Both the position numbers and the translations under genes were made by a program. Below the pieces are notes generated by a model. It did not search any database, had not been told where the DNA came from, and worked only from the letters and a program-made list of their open reading frames with translations. A stretch of DNA of 32,000 nt from Mucisphaera calidilacus (GTDB taxonomy: Bacteria; Planctomycetota; Phycisphaerae; Phycisphaerales; Phycisphaeraceae), in contig NZ_CP036280.1 of assembly GCF_007748075.1 (NCBI RefSeq), positions 480,001-512,000 of the forward strand, read 5' to 3'. Shown here one piece after another: positions 18,147 through 26,800 of this stretch; position 1 is the first letter of the stretch; each line of letters begins with the position of its first letter.

Positions 18147-19439
18147 ATGACCACATGGATCTGCACTACACCCGACAAGCCCTGGCAGGACCACTCCGGC
18201 AGCCTCGCCAACGCCGCCGACAGCGACTCCAACCTCCAGCTCACCGACACCCGCGACCAGACCATCCTCGGCTTCGGCGGATGCTTCAACGAACTCGGCT
18301 GGGAAGCCCTCTCATGGCTCGATCCCGACCAACGCGACCAGATCATCCGCGACCTGTTCGACCCCGAGGACGGCTGCCGCTTCTCGTTCTGCCGCGTGCC
18401 CATCGGCGCCAGCGACTACGCCGTGAGCTGGTACAGCCACAACGAGACCGAAGGCGACCTCGACATGAACGCCTTCAACATCGACCGCGACCACCAGTAC
18501 CTCATCCCCTACATCAAGGCCGCCATCGCCCAGCAGCCCGACTTGCGCCTCTTCGCCTCGCCCTGGAGCCCGCCGACCTGGATGAAACAGCCCAAGGCGT
18601 ACAACTACGGCACCCTCGTCTGGAACGAGCAGAACCTCAAGGCCTACGCCCTCTACCTCCTGAAATTCGTCCAGGCCTACCAGCAACTCGGCCTCGACGT
18701 CCGACAGGTCCACGTCCAGAACGAACCCAACTCCGACCAGAAATTCCCCTCCTGCCTCTGGAAGCCCGAGCAGTTCGCCGAGTTCATCGGCGACTACCTC
18801 GGCCCGCTCTTCGAACGCGAAAACAACCCCTGCGAGATCTGGGCCGGCACCATCGAACGCCCGGGCTACGACACCTGGCCCAACCGGATCCTCAGCGACG
18901 CCAAGGCTCAACGCTACGTCGCCGGCCTCGGCTTCCAGTGGGCCGGCAAGGGAGCCGTGCAAACCACCCACCTCGCCTGGCCCGACGTCCCCATCATCCA
19001 GACCGAGAACGAGTGTGGCGACGGGCAGAACACCTGGGACTACGCCCGCTACGTCTTCAGCCTCATCCACCACTACATGATCAACGGCACCTGCGCCTAC
19101 ACCTACTGGAACATGGTCCTCCCCGCCGGCGGACGAAGCACCTGGGGATGGCTCCAGAACAGCATGATCACCGTCGACCCCGAAACCCGCGCCGTCACCT
19201 ACCAGCCCGAGTTCTACGTCATGAAGCACCTCACACGCTTCATCGACAACGGCGCCACGCGACGCGGCCTCGCAGGCCCCCTCGCCGGCAACGCCCTGGC
19301 CTTCGAGAACCCCGGCGGGTCCACCACGCTCCTCATCGCCAACCCCAGCGACAACCCGCGAACCCTCGCCGTGGACATCAACGGCCAGTCACTCAGCGCA
19401 ACCCTCCCCGCGCAGAGCTTCAACACAATCGTGGCCTGA
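18147..19439 (+). CDS. Glycoside hydrolase family 30 (glucosylceramidase/xylanase-type TIM barrel plus beta-sandwich); no signal peptide
   Basis: GAGGA sits 7 nt upstream of the ATG. 'ILGFGGCFNELGWEAL', 'VPIGASDYA', 'LFASPWSPPTWMK', 'VHVQNEPN' (acid/base region), 'IIQTENECGDG' (nucleophile region). The N-terminus 'MTTWICTTPDKPWQDH' has no signal. Confidence 0.85.
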   Translation: MTTWICTTPDKPWQDHSGSLANAADSDSNLQLTDTRDQTILGFGGCFNELGWEALSWLDPDQRDQIIRDLFDPEDGCRFSFCRVPIGASDYAVSWYSHNETEGDLDMNAFNIDRDHQYLIPYIKAAIAQQPDLRLFASPWSPPTWMKQPKAYNYGTLVWNEQNLKAYALYLLKFVQAYQQLGLDVRQVHVQNEPNSDQKFPSCLWKPEQFAEFIGDYLGPLFERENNPCEIWAGTIERPGYDTWPNRILSDAKAQRYVAGLGFQWAGKGAVQTTHLAWPDVPIIQTENECGDGQNTWDYARYVFSLIHHYMINGTCAYTYWNMVLPAGGRSTWGWLQNSMITVDPETRAVTYQPEFYVMKHLTRFIDNGATRRGLAGPLAGNALAFENPGGSTTLLIANPSDNPRTLAVDINGQSLSATLPAQSFNTIVA

Positions 19440-19444
19440 AACCT

Positions 19445-20578
19445 CTAATTCCCCTCACGCGCCTGCGCCACCACGCGGTTCATCAGGGTCTGCCACGAGA
19501 CCCCCGCCGATTCGCCACGCAACCGCTCCACAACCGCATCGAAGGCAGGCTCGAAATACGCCGCCTGCTCGAACATCTCCAGCGACGACCGCGGGTCATA
19601 GAGCATCCCGGGCTGATAACCCGGCAGACCCGCCGCCGCACGCTCATGATCCAGCCGAACCCGCGAGTGACGCCACTCACGACGTTCCTTCTCACCACGC
19701 GCGTAAGGCAGAACATAAAGCACCGACTTGCGGATCGAAGCGCCCTCAGGCGACGTCCACGCGTACAGATCATCCGCACCCTCACCCAGGAGCATCGCGA
19801 TCTCCAGCGGCGGCCTCAACGCACTGCAGTGGTACGTCAGCGTGTCACGCTCCTCAAGATCGTAACTCGTCCCGTCAGGCCGCAGGCCATGCACGACAAA
19901 ACGCTCAACCGACGCAACCACCTCATCCAGCCAGTCGTCACAATCCAGAATCCGCGCACACACCGTCAACAGCCTCAGACGCTTGACGTAGCGGTTGCTG
20001 AAACGAGTCGCCCCCTGAGCACGCTCAAGGTGCGTCAACGCGAGTTCCTCCACCCAGCGATCCACAGCAGCCCGATCCTCGTCATCAAACGCCGGCCGCA
20101 AGGCCTCGTACGCAACCAGCAGCGGGTACAGCTTGTTCTCATTGACGTCATTCCCCGTAATCACATACGCCCCCGACCACGCCACAACACAACGCCCAAG
20201 CGTCGCCGCAGACCGCTCATCACCCGTCAACTGCCAGTCACGCACCAGCCAGGCCACATCACCCATCTGGCTCAGCGAACGACACGTCGCAACGCGCCTC
20301 GGGTCCGTGTGCACCAGCCCCTCATAATGAATCACCCGCAACGGCGTCGGCGCCATCCCACGCAGCCGTTCCGCACGCTCCGCGACCTCGTCGATCACCC
20401 CCCGCGCCTCGGGAAGATCCGCCGCCACACCGCGCAGCGTCGCGACCTGTGCACCCGTCAAAGGCAGCACCACCGGGATGTCAAACTCGCCCACACCCTC
20501 GTCAGCGCCACCGACCCGAGTCACAGCAAGAACCACGGCCAGAACCATCAGTACACAGAGCCATCGGGAACACGTCAC
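19445..20578 (-). CDS. Secreted alginate-lyase-family-like (alpha/alpha-toroid polysaccharide lyase) protein
   Basis: The ORF reaches 20632 (GTG). The GTG at 20578, with GAGG 6 nt upstream, gives a good signal peptide, 'MTCSRWLCVLMVLAVVLAVTRVGGA'. 'LRVIHYEGLVHTDPRR...AWLVRDWQLTGDERSA...VVAWSGAY' resembles the alginate_lyase (PF05426-like) N-terminal layout. The family call is from memory and is moderate at best. Confidence 0.55.
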   Translation of the reverse strand: MTCSRWLCVLMVLAVVLAVTRVGGADEGVGEFDIPVVLPLTGAQVATLRGVAADLPEARGVIDEVAERAERLRGMAPTPLRVIHYEGLVHTDPRRVATCRSLSQMGDVAWLVRDWQLTGDERSAATLGRCVVAWSGAYVITGNDVNENKLYPLLVAYEALRPAFDDEDRAAVDRWVEELALTHLERAQGATRFSNRYVKRLRLLTVCARILDCDDWLDEVVASVERFVVHGLRPDGTSYDLEERDTLTYHCSALRPPLEIAMLLGEGADDLYAWTSPEGASIRKSVLYVLPYARGEKERREWRHSRVRLDHERAAAGLPGYQPGMLYDPRSSLEMFEQAAYFEPAFDAVVERLRGESAGVSWQTLMNRVVAQAREGN

Positions 20579-20644
20579 ACAGCACCTCACGCGTAAAACA
20601 GTCAGCAGAACACACATTCTACCGACCACCACGCGCGACCCGCT

Positions 20645-23600
20645 TCACGCCACCCGCCTGCCGCCGCGACGCAGCACCCACCCGCCGGCCAGCAGCACGG
20701 CCAGACCACCCGGCTCCGGGATCACCGTGTTGTCAAAACCGAACGTCGACGCCAGCACCGACAGGTCGAGCAGGTCCACAAAGCCGTCCGCGTTGAAGTC
20801 ACCTCCCTGATACGACGTCGCCACACCATTGAAGCCCCCCGCGAGAACCGACAGGTCCAGCAGATCCACACGCCCGTCGAGGTTTGCATCGCCCGACGCC
20901 GTCCCGAACAGACCCGTCAGCCACAACGCCAGATCCTGACCATCAACAGCGGCATCCTCGTCGAGGTCAAAAACCGGATCGCCCGAACCGATCGCCTGAT
21001 ACAGCAACTCAAGATCCGACGCCGCCAGCACGCCATCGCCATCAAAGTCACCCGTCAACGCCAACGCACGGATGATCCCGAGCGTCGCGAGGTCACTCAG
21101 GTCCCACAACGACGTGTCGATGCCCGACGTGTCAAACCACCCCGTCACGCTCGCGCCCGGGTCGATATTCAGGATCTGAAATTCAGTCCCCGCCGCCGGC
21201 CGGCCGCCGACTAACTCGATCGCGAGCGAGCCGTTGAGGATCAGCGTCGCCGTATCATCGGTCAGGAACCGGTCGTAAGGCTGGAAAGGTAACTCGTTCA
21301 CCTCGATCAGCAAGACCGCCTCCTCCAACATCTCGTAGGTGTACCCGTACGTCAGGAAGAACGAGCCCGCAAAGCTGTTCACAGAGTCACCCGGCCGACC
21401 GCCAGGCGACACCACACCACCCTCCTGCAGATACGTCAGCGGACTCTCATCATCCGCGATATCAATCGACCCGATGTTGATCCGACCGCCCGTGTGCACC
21501 AGCGTGTGAACGAGGGAACTGAAAGTACGAAACGACAACTGGCTGTCCGCGTGCGTGACATGGATCTCAAGCTCTGTCCGCGAGTCGTAATAGGAAGTAT
21601 CAAAGTCATCGATACTCACGTCCGCGTTGGCGGCGATCTCGATGATCCCGCTCATCGGCGCAACCTGGGAGATCACCGTCCGACCCGCGAGCGTCAGCGT
21701 GTCGTCACCCGCGTCCATGTACAGCGTGCTGAACAGCGTGACGTCTTCGAGGATGTTGAACCCGCTCCACGCGTAGACGTCGCCATCAACCTCGCCCCCG
21801 CGGATCTGGCCATCCTCGAGGTAGACCTCACCGAATCCGAGGTACCCCACCGGGCCCTCGCCATCCAGCGACCCGCCCAGGATCACCGCGTCATACAACT
21901 CCAGCGTGTCTCCTTCAAAGTAACCACCCCGGTTATCAAACGCCTCCCCCGAGACCTGCGTATACGAGGCAAATACCGACCCCCGATTGATGAACGCAAA
22001 GTCCGTGGCATAGACCGTATCGCTCTCAAGCGTCACGAAAGCGTTGTCCAGACTGCCCGTGAACGACCCCTCCTCACCCGGCTGGATGTTCCCCAACTCC
22101 GCGTAGACCGGGTCCGCTTCATTCGGGACGCTCGAACCCGCGGGCAGCGTCACCAGACCCGAGATACCCGATATCTCCAGGCTGCCGAAGACCTCCATCG
22201 AACCGAGATTCGTGATCGCCGCGCCCGTGTCGCTCAGCAGATACCCCGAACTGTCAAAGTCGAACGTCGACGACACGTTCTCACCCAGAACCAACCGGTC
22301 TCCGGAATTCAACGCCTCCACGCCATCACTCAGATCCACCGAACCCGTGCCCGAGATCACCACGCCACCCGGACCGAGCCGCAGAGGCCCGAAACCGCCC
22401 GTCGCGGAGATCGATCCCTGATCCAGTACGATCTCACCCACAAGCTCGAGCGTGCCGTCGATGCTGAAGACCGTGCCGTTGCGGACCGTCACGTCGACCA
22501 GCGTCACGTCCGTCGCCTCGATACTCCCCACCACGCCGCCACGCACCTCAACCCACTCCAGCACCGCGCTGAGATAACCGCCCTCGTTGTCGATGACCGT
22601 GTCCCTGATGTCCGGCTGCCCATCAGACAGACCCACCGTGCCCTCGATCGACCCGCGGTTGATGAGCCCCACCGCGCCGCCCGGGCCGCCACCAAACGCG
22701 TCGATCGTCCCCGCGTCCAGCCAGGACAGGCTCCCCTCATTCTCGAAGATGATCGAGTCCTCGCCCAGCGTCCCCGCGTCCAGACCCGACCCGATCTCCA
22801 CCGTAACACCGGCACCGAACGTCACCCGGCTGCCAGGATTGTCGGCAAACAATGTCACGTCATAAAACTCAATGAACGTACTCCCCCGGAAGTTCAGGTC
22901 GTTGTTGATGATGATCGTGCCACCCTCAAACGCCGTGTACCCGTTGTCCTCGATCTCCAGCACGCCGTCGATCACCAGCTCACCGAGCTGTGCGTAGGTG
23001 CTCGGCCCGAGCGTCACGTTCCGGAGCGTGCCGTCCAGGTAAGCATCAGACACAAGGTTCAGACGCGCGTTCTCAACCGTCGATGACGACATATCAAAAA
23101 GACCGTCGACCGTAATGTCACCCCCGCGGATCGTCGACTCGATCACCGTCAGGTCGAAGGCATTCCCCTGAGCCTGCCGGAAATCGAACGTCCCGTCGCT
23201 GAGAATCGCGTCGCCCTCGAAAGCCCCAATCAGCGTAAAACCGGCCTCCACATCATCCGACGAGCCCGAGGGATTGATCTCCCCGCCGCCCAGATAGACA
23301 TACGTCGCCTCGATCCGGGCCCGCAGATCGTCGCTACGAATATCGTACAGTTCCAACTCGTCCGAATCGCCCAGCATCCTGATCAGCACCGACGCGTCAC
23401 CCGAGCCGTCGGGCGTGCCACCCAACTCGTAGATCGAGGCATACGTCGATCCGCCCCCCGTGCTGCTGAACACGACCTCCGCCGATTCATCGATGTAGAG
23501 CGTATTGAACTCAACCGTATCCAGACCCTCCACACGCAAACGACCCGCCACCTCAAGGTCGCTCGTACTGAGCTGCGCGACACCACCCCCGCCCGGCTGC

Positions 23601-26600
23601 CCGTCACCCACGATCGTCACGTTCTCAAAGCGGCCGTCCACGCTCGCGTCCGCACCGATCCGCAAGACGCCGCCGAGCAGGGTCGTGTCGGTGATCAGGA
23701 TGCCCTTCGCCGAGCCGATCGACGCGTCATTCACGATCACACTGGAGAAAACCTCCAGACGATCCGACGTCCAGATCGGCGTCGTCAACGCCAGCTCGCT
23801 GTTCGTGACCGCTAAATTCGTGACATCGAAACTGCCACTGCCCCCGAGCATCCCCACACTGTTGCTGATGTTCAGATTCGTCGCCGTGAACGAGCCGTCG
23901 TTGTGCAGACGCACGCTCTCAAGATTGACCGTCCCGCCCGAGATCGTCCCGCCCGCACGGTTCAGCAGGAACGTGTCCCGGATCGTCAGCGGCGCAACAC
24001 CCAGGATCGCGCCCGCGTTATCCAATCCCGGCGTGTTCCGCTGCGCATCACCCGTCGGATCAATCACCAGCGCACCCAGCACCGCACCCGCGGCCAGCGG
24101 AGCGTTCGTGATTGTCCCCTCGTTCACGATCAGCAACGCGTTGTTACCCAACGCGCCATCGATCGAGATCGTGTGCCCCGCTCGCTGCGTCAGACGGTCG
24201 GTCGCACGCAGGCCCTGAAGCGACGTCAGCCCGCCGCCGTACGACGCCAGCAAACCGCTCCCCTCCAGCACGATGTCAGGACCCGTAAAACGCAGCGTCC
24301 CGTCGTTCCCTACGCCGCTGTTCAGGTAGATCGTCCCGTCATTGGTAATCAGACCGCTCCCCGAACGCTCGACAAACTGCTCGATCGTCAGCGACCGACC
24401 CGGCTGGATCGTGACCGACGACAGGTTCGCCACCCGAAGCTGATCAATCGCCACACTCACGTCCTGCGCAACCTGCGCGAACACAGGCGTCGCATCACGC
24501 CCCACCTCCACGTTGAACGCGTACCCGCCCAGCACGTTCTGCGGATAACCCGGCCAGCCAACCAGCTCGCCCGGCCCCGGAGCCTGCCCCGTCTCGGCGT
24601 CAGTCACCACCCAACGCAGCGGGTCCGACCACACCCCCGACCCACTGCTCGACCACACCGCGTCGTAGACCGGGTTGTCAGGCGACGCCGTCACATAAAT
24701 GAACTCACCCGGGGTCAGCACCTGCTGCTGCGCCGAATAAACATTCCCCGCCGTCTCGAACGAGAAGAAAAAGTCCTCCGCGTCCTCCGGGATCAGCGTC
24801 GCATAAACCCCAAAACTCTCCAGCCCCGAAAGAACCTGATCACTCGTGCCCCCGAACAGCGGGTCGTTGCCCGCACCGCCCAGCAACAGACGCTCGCCGA
24901 AACCTTCCTGCCCCACACCGAACCGCGGGTTCTCCAGCGTCTCAGGACGAGCGCTGTAGAGCACCAGCAGGTCATAGCCGATGAACGCCGAGAAGCCCTC
25001 CAGATCAAGGTCGTACCGCGCTATGCCCCCCAACGCATTCGCAGGCGTTTGACTCACCAGCGTCACGCCCGGCGACGTCTCGATCTGTGTCGCATCGAGT
25101 CCCGTCAGACCGAACGCCTCCGCACCCCCGACCAGGTTCGGCAGATTTGGGACGAGCGGAGCACCCGCGATAAACGGATTCGCCGACCGCGATCCCAAAC
25201 GCGTCGGGCTGTCCTGACCCGCCACACCGCCACCGAACGTGCCGATCGCCGACGACCCCTCAGCCACCGCGTTCGTCCCCAGCAGGAAACGCCCGCGCCC
25301 GCCATCATCGATCGAGGTACTGCTGTCACCACCCAGACCGCCCGACAGATCGACCGTCGCCCCCTGGCCCGATACACGCGTTCCCACCAACTTGATCGTG
25401 CCACCCGAACCGCCGCCCGCGTGCCCGCCCCGACCGCCGTCGCCGCCCGCTCCGCCAGCCCCGCCGATCGCGCCGTCCGCACCGGTCTGTCCCGGGAAGT
25501 TCGGGCCGATGAAAAAGATCGGCGTGAACGGGATCGAATACGTCTGAACACCCGGAAGGCCGATCGTCCCGTCCTGAAAAAACCCGCCACCCTGACCACC
25601 ACCACCCGCAGCGCCCGACGCGCCCGCAACACCCGACGCCCCGTCACCGCCGGTCGCGAGACCCGAACCCCGATACACAATCTCGCCCTGCGCCTCGATC
25701 GCGAACGCACCCCCGCCCGCGCCGCCGTCACGACCATCCGCCCCAAAGCCACCCGTCCCGCCAGCTCCGCCATCACCGCCCCGACCGCCGATGCCGCCCG
25801 TCCCGCCAAACGACCAGCCCGGCTTCGTCGCGTCAGGCACCGCCACGATCGCCCATGCTCCAGCTCCCGAAGCGCCACCACCACCACCGCCGCCACCGCC
25901 GCCACCCTGTGCACCACCCGCACCACCACCGCCGCCGCCGCCCGCACCCCCCGTCAGCCCGAACGCACCACTCAGGTTCTGCCCCCCCCGACCCGTCCCG
26001 CCGGCGTCACCATCATCGCCACCCGTTCCCGAGAGTCCCACCGTCCCGTCACCCGGCTTGAGGGCGTTGTTCGTCAGCGGGCCCGTAATGAACTCAAAGG
26101 GCAGCGAGATCCCAGGCGTGCCACCCACGCCACCCGATCCACCGCCACCCTGAAGACTCCCCACACCACCCGCCTGACCGGCCAAGCCACCCAGCCCACC
26201 GCCCGACAACTGCCCGAACCCGGCCGAGCCCGCCGTCCCGTCCACCCCGCCGTCCGCCACATCCGCCGCAAAACCCACCTGACCATCCTTGCCCCCGAAA
26301 CTCGGCACCGGAGGCGGATTGAACCCGAAGAAAAACGCGAACGCCCCGCCTCCCACGATCGGCTGCACACCCGCGCCGTCTCCGCCTCCACCGCCCACAC
26401 TCCCGCCGCCACCCGTGCCGCCGACCCCGCCCACGCCGCCACCCGGACCGGCTTGCGTCCCGATCGCCGAGAAGTCAATCACCGCCCCCGTATCGATCAG
26501 GACGTTGTTACCCACCAGGAACCGCGCCGGCGCCGAACCCGCACCCGTCAGCGTGTCGCCCGCACCCAGCATGAAATCATCCGAGAACGTAAACGTCGCC

Positions 26601-26800
26601 ACACCGTTCTGATCCGACGCACCCACCAGACCCTCTCCCGCACCCCACACCTGATTCGTCGTCAGGTTGGTGATCGTCAGCAGGTCCGTGTCCAGCAGCA
26701 GATCATCCGCCCGCGTCGGCGACACGAGAGAACCCGCCACAAACGCCGCGAGCAAAGCCCGTGTCGACACACCACACACCACAAGACGCGCCTCAAACAT
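20645..26800 (-). CDS. Giant (~2050 aa) secreted surface protein: signal peptide, polyglycine-rich region, long beta-solenoid-like repeat region, two dockerin-like pairs, PEP-CTERM
   Basis: ATG at 26800 preceded by GGAGAA. Signal peptide 'MFEARLVVCGVSTRALLAAFVAGSLVSPTRA'. The frame is uninterrupted for 6.2 kb. The central part is Gly/Asp/Thr/Asn/Val-rich with motifs such as 'ITNDGTIYLNSGVGNDGTLRFTGPDIVLEGSGLL'. C-terminal 'GDFDGDGVLAASDLELLYQAIG...GDANLDGRVDLLDLSVLAGGF...GDFNADGFVDLLDLSVLASTFGFDNTVIPEPGGLAVLLAGGWVLRRGGRRVA'. Confidence 0.85.
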   Translation of the reverse strand: MFEARLVVCGVSTRALLAAFVAGSLVSPTRADDLLLDTDLLTITNLTTNQVWGAGEGLVGASDQNGVATFTFSDDFMLGAGDTLTGAGSAPARFLVGNNVLIDTGAVIDFSAIGTQAGPGGGVGGVGGTGGGGSVGGGGGDGAGVQPIVGGGAFAFFFGFNPPPVPSFGGKDGQVGFAADVADGGVDGTAGSAGFGQLSGGGLGGLAGQAGGVGSLQGGGGSGGVGGTPGISLPFEFITGPLTNNALKPGDGTVGLSGTGGDDGDAGGTGRGGQNLSGAFGLTGGAGGGGGGGAGGAQGGGGGGGGGGGASGAGAWAIVAVPDATKPGWSFGGTGGIGGRGGDGGAGGTGGFGADGRDGGAGGGAFAIEAQGEIVYRGSGLATGGDGASGVAGASGAAGGGGQGGGFFQDGTIGLPGVQTYSIPFTPIFFIGPNFPGQTGADGAIGGAGGAGGDGGRGGHAGGGSGGTIKLVGTRVSGQGATVDLSGGLGGDSSTSIDDGGRGRFLLGTNAVAEGSSAIGTFGGGVAGQDSPTRLGSRSANPFIAGAPLVPNLPNLVGGAEAFGLTGLDATQIETSPGVTLVSQTPANALGGIARYDLDLEGFSAFIGYDLLVLYSARPETLENPRFGVGQEGFGERLLLGGAGNDPLFGGTSDQVLSGLESFGVYATLIPEDAEDFFFSFETAGNVYSAQQQVLTPGEFIYVTASPDNPVYDAVWSSSGSGVWSDPLRWVVTDAETGQAPGPGELVGWPGYPQNVLGGYAFNVEVGRDATPVFAQVAQDVSVAIDQLRVANLSSVTIQPGRSLTIEQFVERSGSGLITNDGTIYLNSGVGNDGTLRFTGPDIVLEGSGLLASYGGGLTSLQGLRATDRLTQRAGHTISIDGALGNNALLIVNEGTITNAPLAAGAVLGALVIDPTGDAQRNTPGLDNAGAILGVAPLTIRDTFLLNRAGGTISGGTVNLESVRLHNDGSFTATNLNISNSVGMLGGSGSFDVTNLAVTNSELALTTPIWTSDRLEVFSSVIVNDASIGSAKGILITDTTLLGGVLRIGADASVDGRFENVTIVGDGQPGGGGVAQLSTSDLEVAGRLRVEGLDTVEFNTLYIDESAEVVFSSTGGGSTYASIYELGGTPDGSGDASVLIRMLGDSDELELYDIRSDDLRARIEATYVYLGGGEINPSGSSDDVEAGFTLIGAFEGDAILSDGTFDFRQAQGNAFDLTVIESTIRGGDITVDGLFDMSSSTVENARLNLVSDAYLDGTLRNVTLGPSTYAQLGELVIDGVLEIEDNGYTAFEGGTIIINNDLNFRGSTFIEFYDVTLFADNPGSRVTFGAGVTVEIGSGLDAGTLGEDSIIFENEGSLSWLDAGTIDAFGGGPGGAVGLINRGSIEGTVGLSDGQPDIRDTVIDNEGGYLSAVLEWVEVRGGVVGSIEATDVTLVDVTVRNGTVFSIDGTLELVGEIVLDQGSISATGGFGPLRLGPGGVVISGTGSVDLSDGVEALNSGDRLVLGENVSSTFDFDSSGYLLSDTGAAITNLGSMEVFGSLEISGISGLVTLPAGSSVPNEADPVYAELGNIQPGEEGSFTGSLDNAFVTLESDTVYATDFAFINRGSVFASYTQVSGEAFDNRGGYFEGDTLELYDAVILGGSLDGEGPVGYLGFGEVYLEDGQIRGGEVDGDVYAWSGFNILEDVTLFSTLYMDAGDDTLTLAGRTVISQVAPMSGIIEIAANADVSIDDFDTSYYDSRTELEIHVTHADSQLSFRTFSSLVHTLVHTGGRINIGSIDIADDESPLTYLQEGGVVSPGGRPGDSVNSFAGSFFLTYGYTYEMLEEAVLLIEVNELPFQPYDRFLTDDTATLILNGSLAIELVGGRPAAGTEFQILNIDPGASVTGWFDTSGIDTSLWDLSDLATLGIIRALALTGDFDGDGVLAASDLELLYQAIGSGDPVFDLDEDAAVDGQDLALWLTGLFGTASGDANLDGRVDLLDLSVLAGGFNGVATSYQGGDFNADGFVDLLDLSVLASTFGFDNTVIPEPGGLAVLLAGGWVLRRGGRRVA
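25298..26452 (-). repeat. Glycine-rich low-complexity coding region (aa ~136-520 of the ORF) with four interspersed aromatic/Pro-rich spacers
   Basis: Runs such as 'GGGVGGVGGTGGGGSVGGGGGDGAG', 'GGAGGGGGGGAGGAQGGGGGGGGGGGASGAG', 'GGTGGIGGRGGDGGAGGTGGFGADGRDGGAGGG' and 'GGAGGAGGDGGRGGHAGGGSGG' are separated by 'AFAFFFGFNPPPVPSFGG', 'ISLPFEFITGP', 'WAIVAVPDATKPGWSFGG' and 'YSIPFTPIFFIGPNFPG'. Confidence 0.9.

Noticed and set aside
18155-20596. 813-aa plus-strand ORF running through the GH30 gene (other frame) and antisense to the lyase-like gene
   Set aside because: The product is Arg/Pro/His-rich junk. It overlaps two genes that have clear family motifs, so it is a GC-bias artefact.
21494-23086. 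530-aa plus-strand ORF antisense to the giant gene
   Set aside because: Same reasoning: Arg-rich low-information sequence with no start context, fully inside a well-supported minus-strand CDS.
25791-26153. Proline-rich plus-strand ORFs (e.g. 'PPPPPPPPPPPCAPPAPPPPPPPAPP') that could look like extensin- or TonB-like linkers
   Set aside because: They are simply the reverse complement of the (GGN)n glycine codons of the giant gene.
25298-26452. Gly-rich region read as RTX (GGxGxDxUx) calcium repeats, as collagen, or as a CRISPR-like DNA repeat array
   Set aside because: There is no nine-residue periodicity with a hydrophobic position 8. There is no G-X-Y triplet pattern with Pro. At the DNA level there is no repeat/spacer structure, only low-complexity codon runs.
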